A stretch of DNA of 18,415 nt from Terrimicrobiaceae bacterium (GCA_041752695.1 JBGSVZ010000020.1:1-18415), one strand, 5' to 3'; counted from the first letter of the stretch, positions 5,244 to 14,998 are shown. The notes: generated by a model not told the origin, from the letters alone. Translations and numbers: made by a program.

Positions 5244-7046
5244 TTATTGTTTGGCAGCGGCGCGTTCGATTTTGGCGCAGAGGGCCAGGGCGTCTTTGGT
5301 TTCCGGGTTGTTCTCCCCGAGCACGCGTTTGCGTCCGGCGGCGGCCCAGCGGGCGTATTGCAGGGCGTCTTTGTATTGGCCGGCGTTGGCCAGCATCTGT
5401 CCGAGATTGCGGCAGGTGGTGAGGACGTCGGGATGGTCCTTGCCTTGAGAGCGCACGCGGATGTCGATGAGGGCGCGGAGTTCGGCTTCGGCTTCGCGGG
5501 AGCGTCCGGCTTCGTAGGTGACCATGGCGAGGTTGGTGCGCACCATGAGGGTGGCGGGGTGTTCGGGCCCGTGGAGGCGTTCCTCGATTTTGAGGATGGC
5601 GAGGTATTCGGCTTCGGCTTTTTCGTAGGATTTTCCGCCGCGGAGGGAGGCGGCGAGGTTGTTGCGGCAGGTGAGGGTGTTGGGAGCCTCGGGGCCGAGC
5701 ACGCGGGTCATGGCGGCCAGGGTGTCGCGGAATTCGGCCTCGGCTGCGGCGTGTTTGTCGGCGGTCTTGAGGACAAGTCCGAGGTTACTGCGCGAACCGA
5801 GGGTGGTCGGGTGATCGGCGCCGAGGGCGGCAGTTTCCGCCGTGATGAGGTCGCGGAATTCTTTCTCGGAGGCGGCGTATTTGCCCTGACGGCTGAGGAG
5901 GAGGGCTAGATTCCCCCGCAGCGCAAAGGTGTCGAGGTGGTCAGTTCCCAGGAGGCGCTGGCGGATGGCGAGGTGTTCGCGCTGTTCGATTTCGGCTTCG
6001 GGGAATTTGCCCTGAAGGTAGAGCGCATTGCCAAGGGCCATGCGGGAGTCGAGGGCGGGAGGGCTTTCCGGGCCGAAGACACGGGATTGGAGGGCGAGCA
6101 GGGCGCGGGTTTTGCGTTCGACTTCGGGGAAATCCCCGGCATCGAAAAGGACGCCGATGAGGGCGAAGCGCGTCTTGAGGGTGGAGGGGTGGTCGGCGCC
6201 GAAGAGGCGTTCGCGCAGGGTCAGGACGGCATCGAGTTCGGTGGCGGCCTCTTCGTGTTTACCCTGGCCCGAAAGTGCCTGCGCAAAGGCGAGACGGGAA
6301 TCGAGGGTGTCGGAGTCTTCCGGTCCGAGAGCTTTGGTGCGCGCGGCGATGAGGGTTGCGTGTTCTTTTTCCGATGCGGCCCAGTTCCCATGGATGGCCT
6401 GGGATTCCGCATAGGCAAACCGGGTGGCGAGGGTGTCGCGGTCCGTGTCGCCCAATGCCTTCTCCTGCAGATTGAGAATGGCCGCGTAGTCCGGGCGGGT
6501 GTCCGGATCGGGGCCGATCTGGTCCTGGGCTTCGGCCAGATAAAAACGGGTTTTGAGCACGGCGCGGTCATCGGGTTTCAGCAGGCGCTTTTGGATTTCC
6601 AGCACGCCGCCGTGCTCAGCCAGGGCGTCGGCAGGCTTGCGCTGGTGCTTCAGCGATTCCGCCAGCGCGGTCCGGGTTGCAAGGGTGTCGGCGTTTTCGG
6701 GACCGGACACCACCAAACGCGCTTCGAGAGCACGGCGCAGGGCCTGCTCGGCTTCGGCGGAGAGCCCTTGGTTGTCGAGCAGCACTCCGAGCGCGTGCTG
6801 GACATTGGCATAGGTCGCGGGATCCGCCGTGCGGTTGGTGAGGAGTGCCGCAGCGCGCAATTCTTTGATGCCTTCGTCGAATTTCCAGGCAGCCTTCGCA
6901 GCCTGCGCGCGAGTCAGGGATGTAACCACCTCGGAAGGGGAGGCCGAATTACTGGTGGCCACAGGGCCATCCGCGAAAATCTCGCCCAGGGTGCCGGTGA
7001 GGAGGAATGAGGCGGCGAGAGCGAGCGGAAAACGAAAATACTTCAA
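5244..7046 (-). CDS. Secreted tetratricopeptide repeat protein (42-aa kinesin-light-chain-like TPRs)
   Basis: About a dozen repeats of ..LG.DHP.TL..R.NLA... Likely TTG start at 7046 giving the signal peptide MKYFRFPLALAASFLLTG; the open frame extends to 7175. Confidence 0.88.
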   Translation of the reverse strand: MKYFRFPLALAASFLLTGTLGEIFADGPVATSNSASPSEVVTSLTRAQAAKAAWKFDEGIKELRAAALLTNRTADPATYANVQHALGVLLDNQGLSAEAEQALRRALEARLVVSGPENADTLATRTALAESLKHQRKPADALAEHGGVLEIQKRLLKPDDRAVLKTRFYLAEAQDQIGPDPDTRPDYAAILNLQEKALGDTDRDTLATRFAYAESQAIHGNWAASEKEHATLIAARTKALGPEDSDTLDSRLAFAQALSGQGKHEEAATELDAVLTLRERLFGADHPSTLKTRFALIGVLFDAGDFPEVERKTRALLALQSRVFGPESPPALDSRMALGNALYLQGKFPEAEIEQREHLAIRQRLLGTDHLDTFALRGNLALLLSRQGKYAASEKEFRDLITAETAALGADHPTTLGSRSNLGLVLKTADKHAAAEAEFRDTLAAMTRVLGPEAPNTLTCRNNLAASLRGGKSYEKAEAEYLAILKIEERLHGPEHPATLMVRTNLAMVTYEAGRSREAEAELRALIDIRVRSQGKDHPDVLTTCRNLGQMLANAGQYKDALQYARWAAAGRKRVLGENNPETKDALALCAKIERAAAKQ

Positions 7047-7160
7047 AGCCAACGCATGGCAGCGGGTTGGGGTCGGGAAGGCAATACAAATGGGGATTCG
7101 AAATTCCGTGCGGCCAGGGAAGAGGAAGACGACCAGAAGGGCAGACAGCAGAAGGCAGAA

Positions 7161-7184
7161 GGGGTCAGCCAACAATTCTTGATA
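7161..7184 (+). repeat. GGGGTCAG...TCTTGA motif resembling RAYT-associated terminal repeats
   Basis: GGGGTCAGCCAACAATTCTTGATA, preceded by short gcagaag/gcagaca heptamer iterations (7141-7161). The resemblance is from recall, not a search. Confidence 0.45.
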
Positions 7185-7821
7185 GCCTGCTCCCTTTCAG
7201 TTCGCCGCTTAAGCGAAGGTCGCGCGTCGCTTTTTTAATTTTTGAACACGGAATCGCACTTTGTCGGGCACGCCTCGATTGGGCGAATTGTCGGCGCGCG
7301 ATCGTCTTCCAGCCCCTCATCCGATGTTTGCCCAGAAACAGCATCATGAAAGTCATTCCCAGCAACGTGAGATCCAGCTCGGCCGATTTGCGGGTCGCAT
7401 AGAAGCGCTCGAGGCGCAGAGCATCTCGTCCCCGCCGCGTCCCGAGAACTCCAGGCAGGCCGCTCATTCCGGGACTGACCTTCCACCGGGGATCGGTTTC
7501 GGTCCAGTTCCAACGAGTCGCGTCGTCTTCGGTCACAGGTCGTGGGCCAATCAGCCGCATCTCACCCCGCAGAACGTTATAAAACTGCGCTAATTCATCG
7601 ATGCCAGCCGGGCGGAGAAGCCTTCCCAAGCGAGTGACTCTTCCATTCCGCATCGTCCGCAGTTTCAGAATGGAAAAAGGAATCCGTCCTATCCCCAAGC
7701 GCGCCTGCCGGTAGAAAACTTCGCCTCCGTCCTCCAGCCGATTGAGGATCCAAAGGACGGGGAACAACGGCCCCAACGCGATCAGAACCAACGCGGCCAG
7801 CCCTTTCTCAAACCATTGCAT
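7165..7821 (-). CDS. Bacterial sugar transferase (small monotopic phosphoglycosyl transferase, PglC/WcaJ-catalytic-domain type)
   Basis: FYRQARLG, LKLRTM, VTRLGRLLR, IDEL.Q..NVLRGEM.LIGPRP and PGMSG motifs. Confidence 0.92.
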   Translation of the reverse strand: MQWFEKGLAALVLIALGPLFPVLWILNRLEDGGEVFYRQARLGIGRIPFSILKLRTMRNGRVTRLGRLLRPAGIDELAQFYNVLRGEMRLIGPRPVTEDDATRWNWTETDPRWKVSPGMSGLPGVLGTRRGRDALRLERFYATRKSAELDLTLLGMTFMMLFLGKHRMRGWKTIARRQFAQSRRARQSAIPCSKIKKATRDLRLSGELKGSRLSRIVG

Positions 7822-8542
7822 TTTCCGCGGCCGCTTCCCTCCGAAGATCCCTGACGAACTCGCCGATCTCCTTCCGAATCTCGGAGTAGAATTCCTGAGT
7901 GGTTGCGCCCATCACACACAACGCGGGCGCGTGATTCACCCAAAGCATCGTCGCCGCGGCATAACCCAGGAAGAAAAATCCCGCTTCCCAAATCGCTCCA
8001 TAAGTGGCTTTGCCTTTCGACCCTGCCAAAGCCATTCGCGCCCGATGAAACGCCACGTGACCGGCCTCGTCCCGCATGATCAATCCGCACATGGCGCGGA
8101 TCGGCTCGTCCTGACAGTGTCGTTGGATCAACCGATAGTAGATGGTGCTGACAATCTCCGTCAGCAACAGCACGGTCAGCTCAAAATCGACTCCCAGCCA
8201 CCGGCGCACTCCGCAGAAGACCGAGAAACTCCAGTGTTCCCGGATCGGCGTTCCTCCCAGCCTGGCCATCGCGCCGCCGAGCAATCGGGAATGTTCTTTC
8301 TCTTCCAGGAACCACAAGTCCACGAGTTCCTTGCTCTCCGCGCTGCTGCCACGGAACGTCTCGGAATTCCATGCGATCAGCGAAGCCGGGCCCCCTCCAT
8401 CGCCGAGCTGGTACTGCTCCAGCGACTTGACCAGGAGTTTCCCGACAGATCGCGGCAGCGACAGCGGGGCATCCCATTGTGGCTCTGGCCGATTTTGCCG
8501 ATTGCGTTGGAAATGGGAGATCCAAAACCGGGGATTGGCCAT
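7808..8542 (-). CDS. Ferritin-like (di-iron carboxylate) domain protein
   Basis: Two ExxH motifs (EEKEH, DEAGH) plus QLGD and LTE ligand positions. Probable start ATG 8542 (MANPRFW). Overlaps the next gene by 14 bp. Confidence 0.85.
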   Translation of the reverse strand: MANPRFWISHFQRNRQNRPEPQWDAPLSLPRSVGKLLVKSLEQYQLGDGGGPASLIAWNSETFRGSSAESKELVDLWFLEEKEHSRLLGGAMARLGGTPIREHWSFSVFCGVRRWLGVDFELTVLLLTEIVSTIYYRLIQRHCQDEPIRAMCGLIMRDEAGHVAFHRARMALAGSKGKATYGAIWEAGFFFLGYAAATMLWVNHAPALCVMGATTQEFYSEIRKEIGEFVRDLRREAAAENAMV

Positions 8543-8726
8543 TTCATATTTCGGGGCGTCGATCCGCGCCGATCTTCCGGCTAAGGATCCCTGAATATTC
8601 TCCACTACACGGCTGCTTGTCATGCCGGGGACGATCGCAATCTCCCGTGAAACTCTGATGAAGCGTGTGTGAAATTTGCGAGAAATCGCCGAAGGGTACG
8701 ATTGCGCCAATCACCTCTGCAAAAAC

Positions 8727-10157
8727 CTACTGAACCGAAAAAACTTTGGTCGTCGTCGGGCTGGGAGCCTTGCCGGAAAGAAATGCCTTCGCTTTGACCG
8801 TTTTCGAGTTTCGGAGGCGGAAAGGCTTGTTGTACTTTTTCGCGTTCTTGTTGGGTTCCTTACCGTTCGTCGTATACCGGATGGTGGCCTCGTCGGTGGG
8901 ACAGGAAAGACTGATGAGTATTGCGTTCTCGATACCTCCCTCGTCCGGGGTGATGGACGGCGGGGCCACGGCAGAATCGTCGATCGGACTAAACAAAAAT
9001 CCCCGGGTAAAAGTGTTCCCCTCTCCGTCGTCCCAGGTTCCGGTTCCGACGATTTGGCCGGACTCATTGATCGCCACTGCCCGATTGAGCTCGGTAAAGC
9101 CTCTTTCACCGGCGCCAGCGAGAGGAACCAGGGTGTTGAGATCCGTGATCTCCCCCTGTTTGAAGAGGACCGCCCGTTCGTTTCCAGAGGCCGACTTTAT
9201 GAAACCAACTACCTCGCTTTTTTCGTTGATGCCGAACGCGAAGCTGTCGGTTGCATCCTCCGGCACTCCCAATCCGGAGAGAGTGGAATTTCGGTAAATG
9301 AATGCTTCATAGCTCCCGTCGGCCCGATTCGACCAACCGCAAACTTCCCCTAGATCGTTGAGACCTCGCGCGCTGCTGTCGTCGCCACCCAGCGTGCCAA
9401 GATCGATCAGATCCTCTTGGGCACCAAGGTCCATCAGATCCCCGTTCGCCAGGAGGAACGCTCGACCCTGCCGATGATCGAAATATTGTGGTCCAGTGAT
9501 CTCCTCGCCTTCCCAGGTTATCAAGTAGACCCGCATGGCGACCCAGTTCGATGCATTGATCGCCCAAGCTTCCGAATTGTTCCACCAAATGGGAGTGTTG
9601 AGCAGAGCGAAACCCCCATTTTTGAAAGTACGGACCGCTCGGGCAAAAGTTAAAGATGGGTTTGCTCCCCCAAGGCCCGTCGTTCCGGCGATGATTCCAC
9701 TTTCGTTGATACCCGTCGCAGAGTCGGTGTACCCGCCCATTGGAAGGCTAATGAAAGAAGGTTCCAGGAAGCACGCTCTGCTCGGGTTTGGAGGACTGGT
9801 GTACGCTCCAACAATGACGCCCTGATTATTGATGGCATTCGCCACGGAGCCCATCTGACCAGACGGCAGCTGAATCTCGGACATCGAACCATTGTGAAAC
9901 ACGAACGCCCGATTCGCGGAATCACTCGGCCGAGCCGGATCCACGCAATGCCCAACCACTTGCCCCGCATCATTCAGGCTCGTCGCGGAGGAAGAGGCGC
10001 AACCCGGCAAAACGCCGATTTCCGTGAGTTGGTAGCCGGCCGCCCATGTCTGTCCCGAACCAACGTAAAGCGCCAAGAGACAGCCAAATATTCCGGAGCG
10101 GAAGCGAAGGCCGAAGAGCCAACGATGGGGCAATCGGGCACAAACTTTGGTTGGCAT
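8727..10157 (-). CDS. HAF-family extracellular repeat protein with C-terminal CHB_HEX_C/Fn3-associated domain
   Basis: Repeats such as DLGTLGG..S.A.G(I/L)N..G.(V/I)VG and RAF. C-terminal ATIRYTTNGKEP...Y..PF...TVKAKAF. Probable start 10157; the frame is open to 10283. Confidence 0.88.
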   Translation of the reverse strand: MPTKVCARLPHRWLFGLRFRSGIFGCLLALYVGSGQTWAAGYQLTEIGVLPGCASSSATSLNDAGQVVGHCVDPARPSDSANRAFVFHNGSMSEIQLPSGQMGSVANAINNQGVIVGAYTSPPNPSRACFLEPSFISLPMGGYTDSATGINESGIIAGTTGLGGANPSLTFARAVRTFKNGGFALLNTPIWWNNSEAWAINASNWVAMRVYLITWEGEEITGPQYFDHRQGRAFLLANGDLMDLGAQEDLIDLGTLGGDDSSARGLNDLGEVCGWSNRADGSYEAFIYRNSTLSGLGVPEDATDSFAFGINEKSEVVGFIKSASGNERAVLFKQGEITDLNTLVPLAGAGERGFTELNRAVAINESGQIVGTGTWDDGEGNTFTRGFLFSPIDDSAVAPPSITPDEGGIENAILISLSCPTDEATIRYTTNGKEPNKNAKKYNKPFRLRNSKTVKAKAFLSGKAPSPTTTKVFSVQ

Positions 10158-10251
10158 AGATTTCACAGGCACAATCTGTAATCCCAGGTTAAATTGCGCC
10201 AAGAAGATTCCCGCGATAAAGACCCAAGCGGTGGCTCTGATACCCTCCATC

Positions 10252-13200
10252 TCACCATTCAGTAACGACCGCTCCATGCGCACGCCAAGGGTCTTTGTAG
10301 AGGCCGATTTCGTCCAATGGGATCGGGCGAAACCCTACACTGTCAAAGAGGCGCGTTCCGGATTTTACTTGGAAATCGCCGTTGCCTGAATCGGCAAATC
10401 CAGGATCGATTTCAAACGCACCGTTCCCGAGCATATCCAGACGAGCCTGGCTCCCGCTGTTATCAAGCCCCCCGCGGTAAAAAACGTTTCGCCACAGGAA
10501 ATTCCCAGCACCTTCTTCCAACAGCATCCCGATCAGCTGCGGATATCGTGCACGGTAGAGCGCGTTGTCGATGAATTCTGGTGATGTTTTCCCGTCGCGC
10601 AACTCCTGCCAGACTTTGTTGGCCGCATTATAGCCGCCAGTCACCCCCCGCGGGCAATCGATAAAAAGGTTGTTGTCGATGATGTTGTCGCGTCCGGAAT
10701 TTATCTGGACGCCGCCGAAATTCCCGTTGGAGGCGCGGTCAAAGACATTACCGTAAATCAGAACTCCGCTGATCGCATCGTCCAGCCGGATGCCGGCCTG
10801 ACCGTGCACCATTGCCTTCCCCACGGGGACACCGATCCGACGAAAACGGTTGTGTCGGAATACCACCCCGCGATAGGTCGGATTGCCCCACATTTCCATG
10901 GCACCCTGATCATCGGATTCCAACACAGCATCATGCACCTCGTTGAATTCAATGATGTGATCATTGCCCTCAATGCGCATCACGCTACTCGGGCAGTTGT
11001 AAAATAGATTGTGCGCCACCCGGTTACCAACTCCCTCGAGTTGCACCCCGGGAGTATAAGTCCGGTCGATGCGTCCGAAATTATGAATCCGGCAGTTTGC
11101 AACCACATGACCGCCAGGGGTCAAGGTCTCACGATCGCCGCCCACAATCTCCGTGGCACGCCGTCCAACAGTGTGAATATCGCAACTCAACAGCGTGTTC
11201 CGATTGCCGCCGGCAATCCTGATTCCACTGCCTGCCATGCGCTTCACGGTGCAGCCCGCAAAAATGCAATCCGAGGAATTTTCCAAGACAATGCCATCAC
11301 TCCTGGAAAGATCGAACTCCAGTCCTTCGAAGCGCACATGACGCAGGTTGCGACCCATGATCATGGGCTCTGACAGCATGGATATTTCAACCGTTGCCTC
11401 ATTCAACCCAGCGGGCGGAATCAGATACAGAATTCCGGTGTCACGATCGAGCACCCATTCCCCTGGGCGGCTCAATTCTTCGAGCAGATTAAACGCATAA
11501 TAAATGATTCCCTGTTCCATGCTCATGCCAGTTCCGCCGGCTTCGTAAGCGGGGGCAGTCGCGATGGATTTCTCCTTGGAGTCAATTGCGCTGATCCTGG
11601 CTGTCGCGTCCGCCCATAAAAATTGAAAATAGCCAAACAGCCAGCCGTCCCGGGCGCGGGTCCAGCGTGCGTGACGGTCGTCGTGATACTTGAGCACGGA
11701 AGGCCGTCCGATTTGTCTGCTCCCCGGATCGAGAAGCGCCGCAGCCTTGACAAAGCCTTCGTCCGGCCACCGTGCCAGGGTCTGCGGTTCCCCGTTGATA
11801 TATAACTCCAGCGTGGGAGGCGGGGCCGGTTGCCCGAACCCCCGCACAGCGAGCTTCCCATAGGAAGTGATACCCCGTGCCTTTAGATCGATCTCCACCG
11901 CTTTTCCTCGCATTTCCACGAGCAGCCGATCCAAAATTTCTGGATCCGTGACGGGCGTAAACCCAGACACTCGCTTTCCGCCATACAGGACTGCAGTGCC
12001 CGGCTTTTGTGCCCGGTACACCACCGGCGATTCCGAGGTGCCGGAATCTTCGTCCCCCAAATGCAAAGTTTCTGTAATTTCGTATTCCCCTGGCAGAAGT
12101 ACAATTTCCGCACCCGGTCGACCGCGAATCAGATCCCTCGCTTTTCTAAGCGTGGCGAGGGGTCGGCCTGCACTTCCCTGGTCACTGTCTTTGCCATGGG
12201 GAGCCACAAAAATACTAATTTTCCTCTCATTATCTTTTGTCGTGGCCCGCACTCGAGAGGCCTCGGGATCGCGACGCGGCAGACCTTTTTCCATCCGTTC
12301 CAGTTCCCGAACCATCGCCGAGGCCTCCTGCCGGTGCACTTCGGGATATTCCGGGATGACGGCGATCTCCGCGTACACCGATTTTGCCTGAGCATTCTCT
12401 CCGGTTGCCTCATGGCTTTGCGCCACTCGCAGATGAGCTAAACTTCGGTAATGGGCGGGTGCCTCCCGATTGCCCAGAATGCCGGCCAGGAGCACGCGGG
12501 TCTGGTTGAAATCCTTGGCGGCCCATGCGGAATTCACGGCGTCGAATTCCTCGCGCAAAACCTCCAGCGCTTCGGCGGGACCTGGCTGGAAGTTGAACAT
12601 GGCCTTGTTTGACTCGAACAGCGCCCTGATTTCACGGGAGGATAGCGCGCGTCTATAGAGCCGGACTTCATCGGCGGCTCCATGGTAGTTGTGCCAACTG
12701 TTGCCCACGGTGAACTCGCCGCCGACCGACAAATCCGCGTGCAAAGCAGGACTTTTGGCGTTCCGCAACCGGCCGTTGATATAGATGCGGTTGCTACCTT
12801 CGTCGCGGTCGCACACCACTGCCACGTGCGCCCACTGACCTAATGTGAGGGAGGACTCGGAGACGACTCCCGCAGTACTTTCCTTGCCATCCCGATGAGA
12901 GACTTCGAACAGAGTCACTTCACCAGTATGCAGAATATCCACACAAAAAAACGCCTCCGGATAAGCACCGTAGGCAAAGAGCCGCCGTTGATTTTGCTCA
13001 TCGTCAATCTGGAACTCTTTTGGTTTGACCCATGCCATGACCGTCCATGAGTTCTTTCCGAGGCGCTGGCTCTCTGGAAACAGGCAACGGACGAAGCCCG
13101 AATCTGTTCCGTTAAAAAAGGCGGACGCTCCTGGATGTTGGTCGCTCCAATCGGCGGACATGGTGCCTTCCCTCCCATTCCCGGAGGCGTCGGTGGCGAC

Positions 13201-13347
13201 GAGACCACTTCCCTCGTCGAACTTCCAATGCAATAACAATGCATCTTCCGACGCCCGCGAGGAAACGCCGCAATGAAGCAAACCAATGAGTGTTAACAAA
13301 CGCAACAAGCCGCCCTTGTGAAGAGTGCCAGGGAAACCGTCAACCAC
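10252..13347 (-). CDS. Secreted LamG-like jellyroll + helical linker + right-handed beta-helix protein (putative glycan-active enzyme, GH141-like architecture)
   Basis: HWKFDEGSG..A.D.SGNG, WAHVAVV and DEVRLY.RALS (LamG). FVAPHGKD...PLATL.KARD, LARWP and parallel beta-helix repeats. Confidence 0.88.
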   Translation of the reverse strand: MVDGFPGTLHKGGLLRLLTLIGLLHCGVSSRASEDALLLHWKFDEGSGLVATDASGNGREGTMSADWSDQHPGASAFFNGTDSGFVRCLFPESQRLGKNSWTVMAWVKPKEFQIDDEQNQRRLFAYGAYPEAFFCVDILHTGEVTLFEVSHRDGKESTAGVVSESSLTLGQWAHVAVVCDRDEGSNRIYINGRLRNAKSPALHADLSVGGEFTVGNSWHNYHGAADEVRLYRRALSSREIRALFESNKAMFNFQPGPAEALEVLREEFDAVNSAWAAKDFNQTRVLLAGILGNREAPAHYRSLAHLRVAQSHEATGENAQAKSVYAEIAVIPEYPEVHRQEASAMVRELERMEKGLPRRDPEASRVRATTKDNERKISIFVAPHGKDSDQGSAGRPLATLRKARDLIRGRPGAEIVLLPGEYEITETLHLGDEDSGTSESPVVYRAQKPGTAVLYGGKRVSGFTPVTDPEILDRLLVEMRGKAVEIDLKARGITSYGKLAVRGFGQPAPPPTLELYINGEPQTLARWPDEGFVKAAALLDPGSRQIGRPSVLKYHDDRHARWTRARDGWLFGYFQFLWADATARISAIDSKEKSIATAPAYEAGGTGMSMEQGIIYYAFNLLEELSRPGEWVLDRDTGILYLIPPAGLNEATVEISMLSEPMIMGRNLRHVRFEGLEFDLSRSDGIVLENSSDCIFAGCTVKRMAGSGIRIAGGNRNTLLSCDIHTVGRRATEIVGGDRETLTPGGHVVANCRIHNFGRIDRTYTPGVQLEGVGNRVAHNLFYNCPSSVMRIEGNDHIIEFNEVHDAVLESDDQGAMEMWGNPTYRGVVFRHNRFRRIGVPVGKAMVHGQAGIRLDDAISGVLIYGNVFDRASNGNFGGVQINSGRDNIIDNNLFIDCPRGVTGGYNAANKVWQELRDGKTSPEFIDNALYRARYPQLIGMLLEEGAGNFLWRNVFYRGGLDNSGSQARLDMLGNGAFEIDPGFADSGNGDFQVKSGTRLFDSVGFRPIPLDEIGLYKDPWRAHGAVVTEW

Positions 13348-13553
13348 GATCTTCTCGAGGGTCTTAAAATCGCCCCGCTCTCAAGGGAGGCCTTAAAATT
13401 CCGACGCCAACCCAATACATCGCCAACGACCGCGACGCGCACTGACGGACTCGGTCTCAGGCAAAACCCTTTGCCCCAAGATCCGCTGCTCCGGGGCGTC
13501 TGAGCTTTTGATAAGGGACCGCAGCCGTTGCGAAAATTCGGAGTCCGCTTGGG

Positions 13554-14240
13554 TCAAGGTCCTTCCGTCACCCTGGTGAAGGTGCCGGTATCGAATTTAT
13601 TGAGGTTTTGGATGGCCAAGGTGGCGGCGGCGCCTTCATTGACGGTGAAGAGAAGTCCGGACGTTCCGGTGCCAGATTCTCCATCGGTCAGGTCGGTGAA
13701 CGTGTCGCCGTCCCAAGGGGTCATCGGGTATGCCTTTTGCTCCGGGCCAAGCCGCAAAACGAGCCCTCCATTGTGTTCGACCACGGATATTTCTCCGTAG
13801 AAGTCGTTAGTGAAGCGGCCTAGATACACGGTATTGGCTGCCGGTGGAGCGGGGGCCACGGGAGGAACTTCGTATGCCCGCGAATCGGCAAAGTCGTCCT
13901 CCTTGAGTTTGGCAAAACCTTCGCGGTAGATCTTGATCCAATCGCGGGTTGGCTCTTCGTAGAGCACGGTGTCGATGAAGGTGGAGACGAGTCCCTCCGG
14001 CAAGCCGACGGGAGCAGCGTTGGTGAGAATGATGATCCCTAATTCCTCGGCAGGTGCGATATGGACATGGGTAGCCGCCCCGAGCTCGAAAGCGCCGGAG
14101 TGCGTGAGGCGGAGGCGCTCCTGAGGATCCCGGTTCACATTCCAACCGAAGCCGAAATCCCCGCCGTTCGGTCGCGTAATCTGCTCGGTCTGGGTCGCCT
14201 TGGCTCTTCGGGCACTCTCCCCCGCTTTTGGCACACTCAA
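13554..14240 (-). pseudogene. C-terminal fragment of a serine hydrolase (class C beta-lactamase-like) with a DUF3471-like domain
   Basis: FGFGW, HSG, GIIILTN and Y.G...NDFYG motifs are present. The SxxK/YxN catalytic half is absent. Confidence 0.75.
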
Positions 14241-14998
14241 TCGTCGTCATTTTTGGAACGTTCAGAGCGTCCCGCGCCGCGTTCTTCCGGGTTGCCCCGC
14301 TTACTCTCCTCTTCGTTCTCGCCTTCATTCTCGCCAAGGCGAATCGTGGTGCCGATCAGCGGGAGTGTAACGGTCCCGTTCGCGCCGTTGTAACTGGCAA
14401 AAAGACCGCCCAGCCAAGCAATGGAAATGATCAAGAGGGCGAGTCCCCAAATGGGATGCGCCGAGGGGAGTGCGACCTCGAGTGGAGCGGGCTTCGCGCC
14501 AGACACCATCGAGAGCGAAATGTTTTCGCGGTAGCGGAAAGTGTGAATGGCAAGTCCAACTAAGTGCGCCACGATGAGGGCGAGAAGCGCGTAGGCCAGA
14601 ATCTCATGAAACTCCTCGAAGTCCCCGCCCCCGGAATTGACACCCGTGAAAAACAAAAGAGGAACGATCGCAAACATGGCGAGCGCGACAGCGGAAGTTC
14701 CGGGGTTATGGACAAAATACCGTCGCGCCTGACCCGTCACAATACCGACACCGTAGCGGAAGGTCTCCCCTGGCGAAAAAAGGAGAGCCCGCCAGCGGTT
14801 GTGCGGACAACCCGCCAGTGCGAGTATAACCCGGATCACCAGAAAAAAGCACGCGGCAATCCCCAAAAGCATGTGAAGTCCGAAGAGTGGACTATCGTCG
14901 TCAACAAATAGTCCGATCGCGAGAGCGCCCGCGCAGCAAAAGGCAAAACCTAAGTGGAAGAAACGGATCGGGAGATCCCAGATGAGTTGCTTATTCAA
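14237..14998 (-). CDS. Cytochrome b/b6-domain (Ni-hydrogenase cytb-like) membrane protein
   Basis: IWDLPIRFFH, LHMLLG, HNP and HE..AY.LL.LI.AH heme-ligand His pattern with about 5 TM segments. TTG start at 14998 or 15025. Confidence 0.88.
   Translation of the reverse strand: MNKQLIWDLPIRFFHLGFAFCCAGALAIGLFVDDDSPLFGLHMLLGIAACFFLVIRVILALAGCPHNRWRALLFSPGETFRYGVGIVTGQARRYFVHNPGTSAVALAMFAIVPLLFFTGVNSGGGDFEEFHEILAYALLALIVAHLVGLAIHTFRYRENISLSMVSGAKPAPLEVALPSAHPIWGLALLIISIAWLGGLFASYNGANGTVTLPLIGTTIRLGENEGENEEESKRGNPEERGAGRSERSKNDDD

Noticed and set aside
4908..7010. Long + strand ORFs of 333 and 357 aa
   Set aside because: Antisense shadows of the GC-rich TPR gene with no recognisable motifs.
9395..9442. 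DLMDLG/DLIDLG micro-duplication in the HAF protein
   Set aside because: Ordinary slippage within a repeat protein with the frame preserved.
13357..13402. Direct repeat gagg..cttaaaat upstream of the LamG gene
   Set aside because: Only two short imperfect copies, not enough to call a regulatory site.
13554..14240. Functional beta-lactamase resistance gene
   Set aside because: Lacks the SxxK and YxN catalytic motifs; it is a fragment of the broad serine hydrolase family.
14237..14998. Hydrogenase operon
   Set aside because: Only the cytochrome b domain is present, with no hydrogenase subunits or maturation genes.
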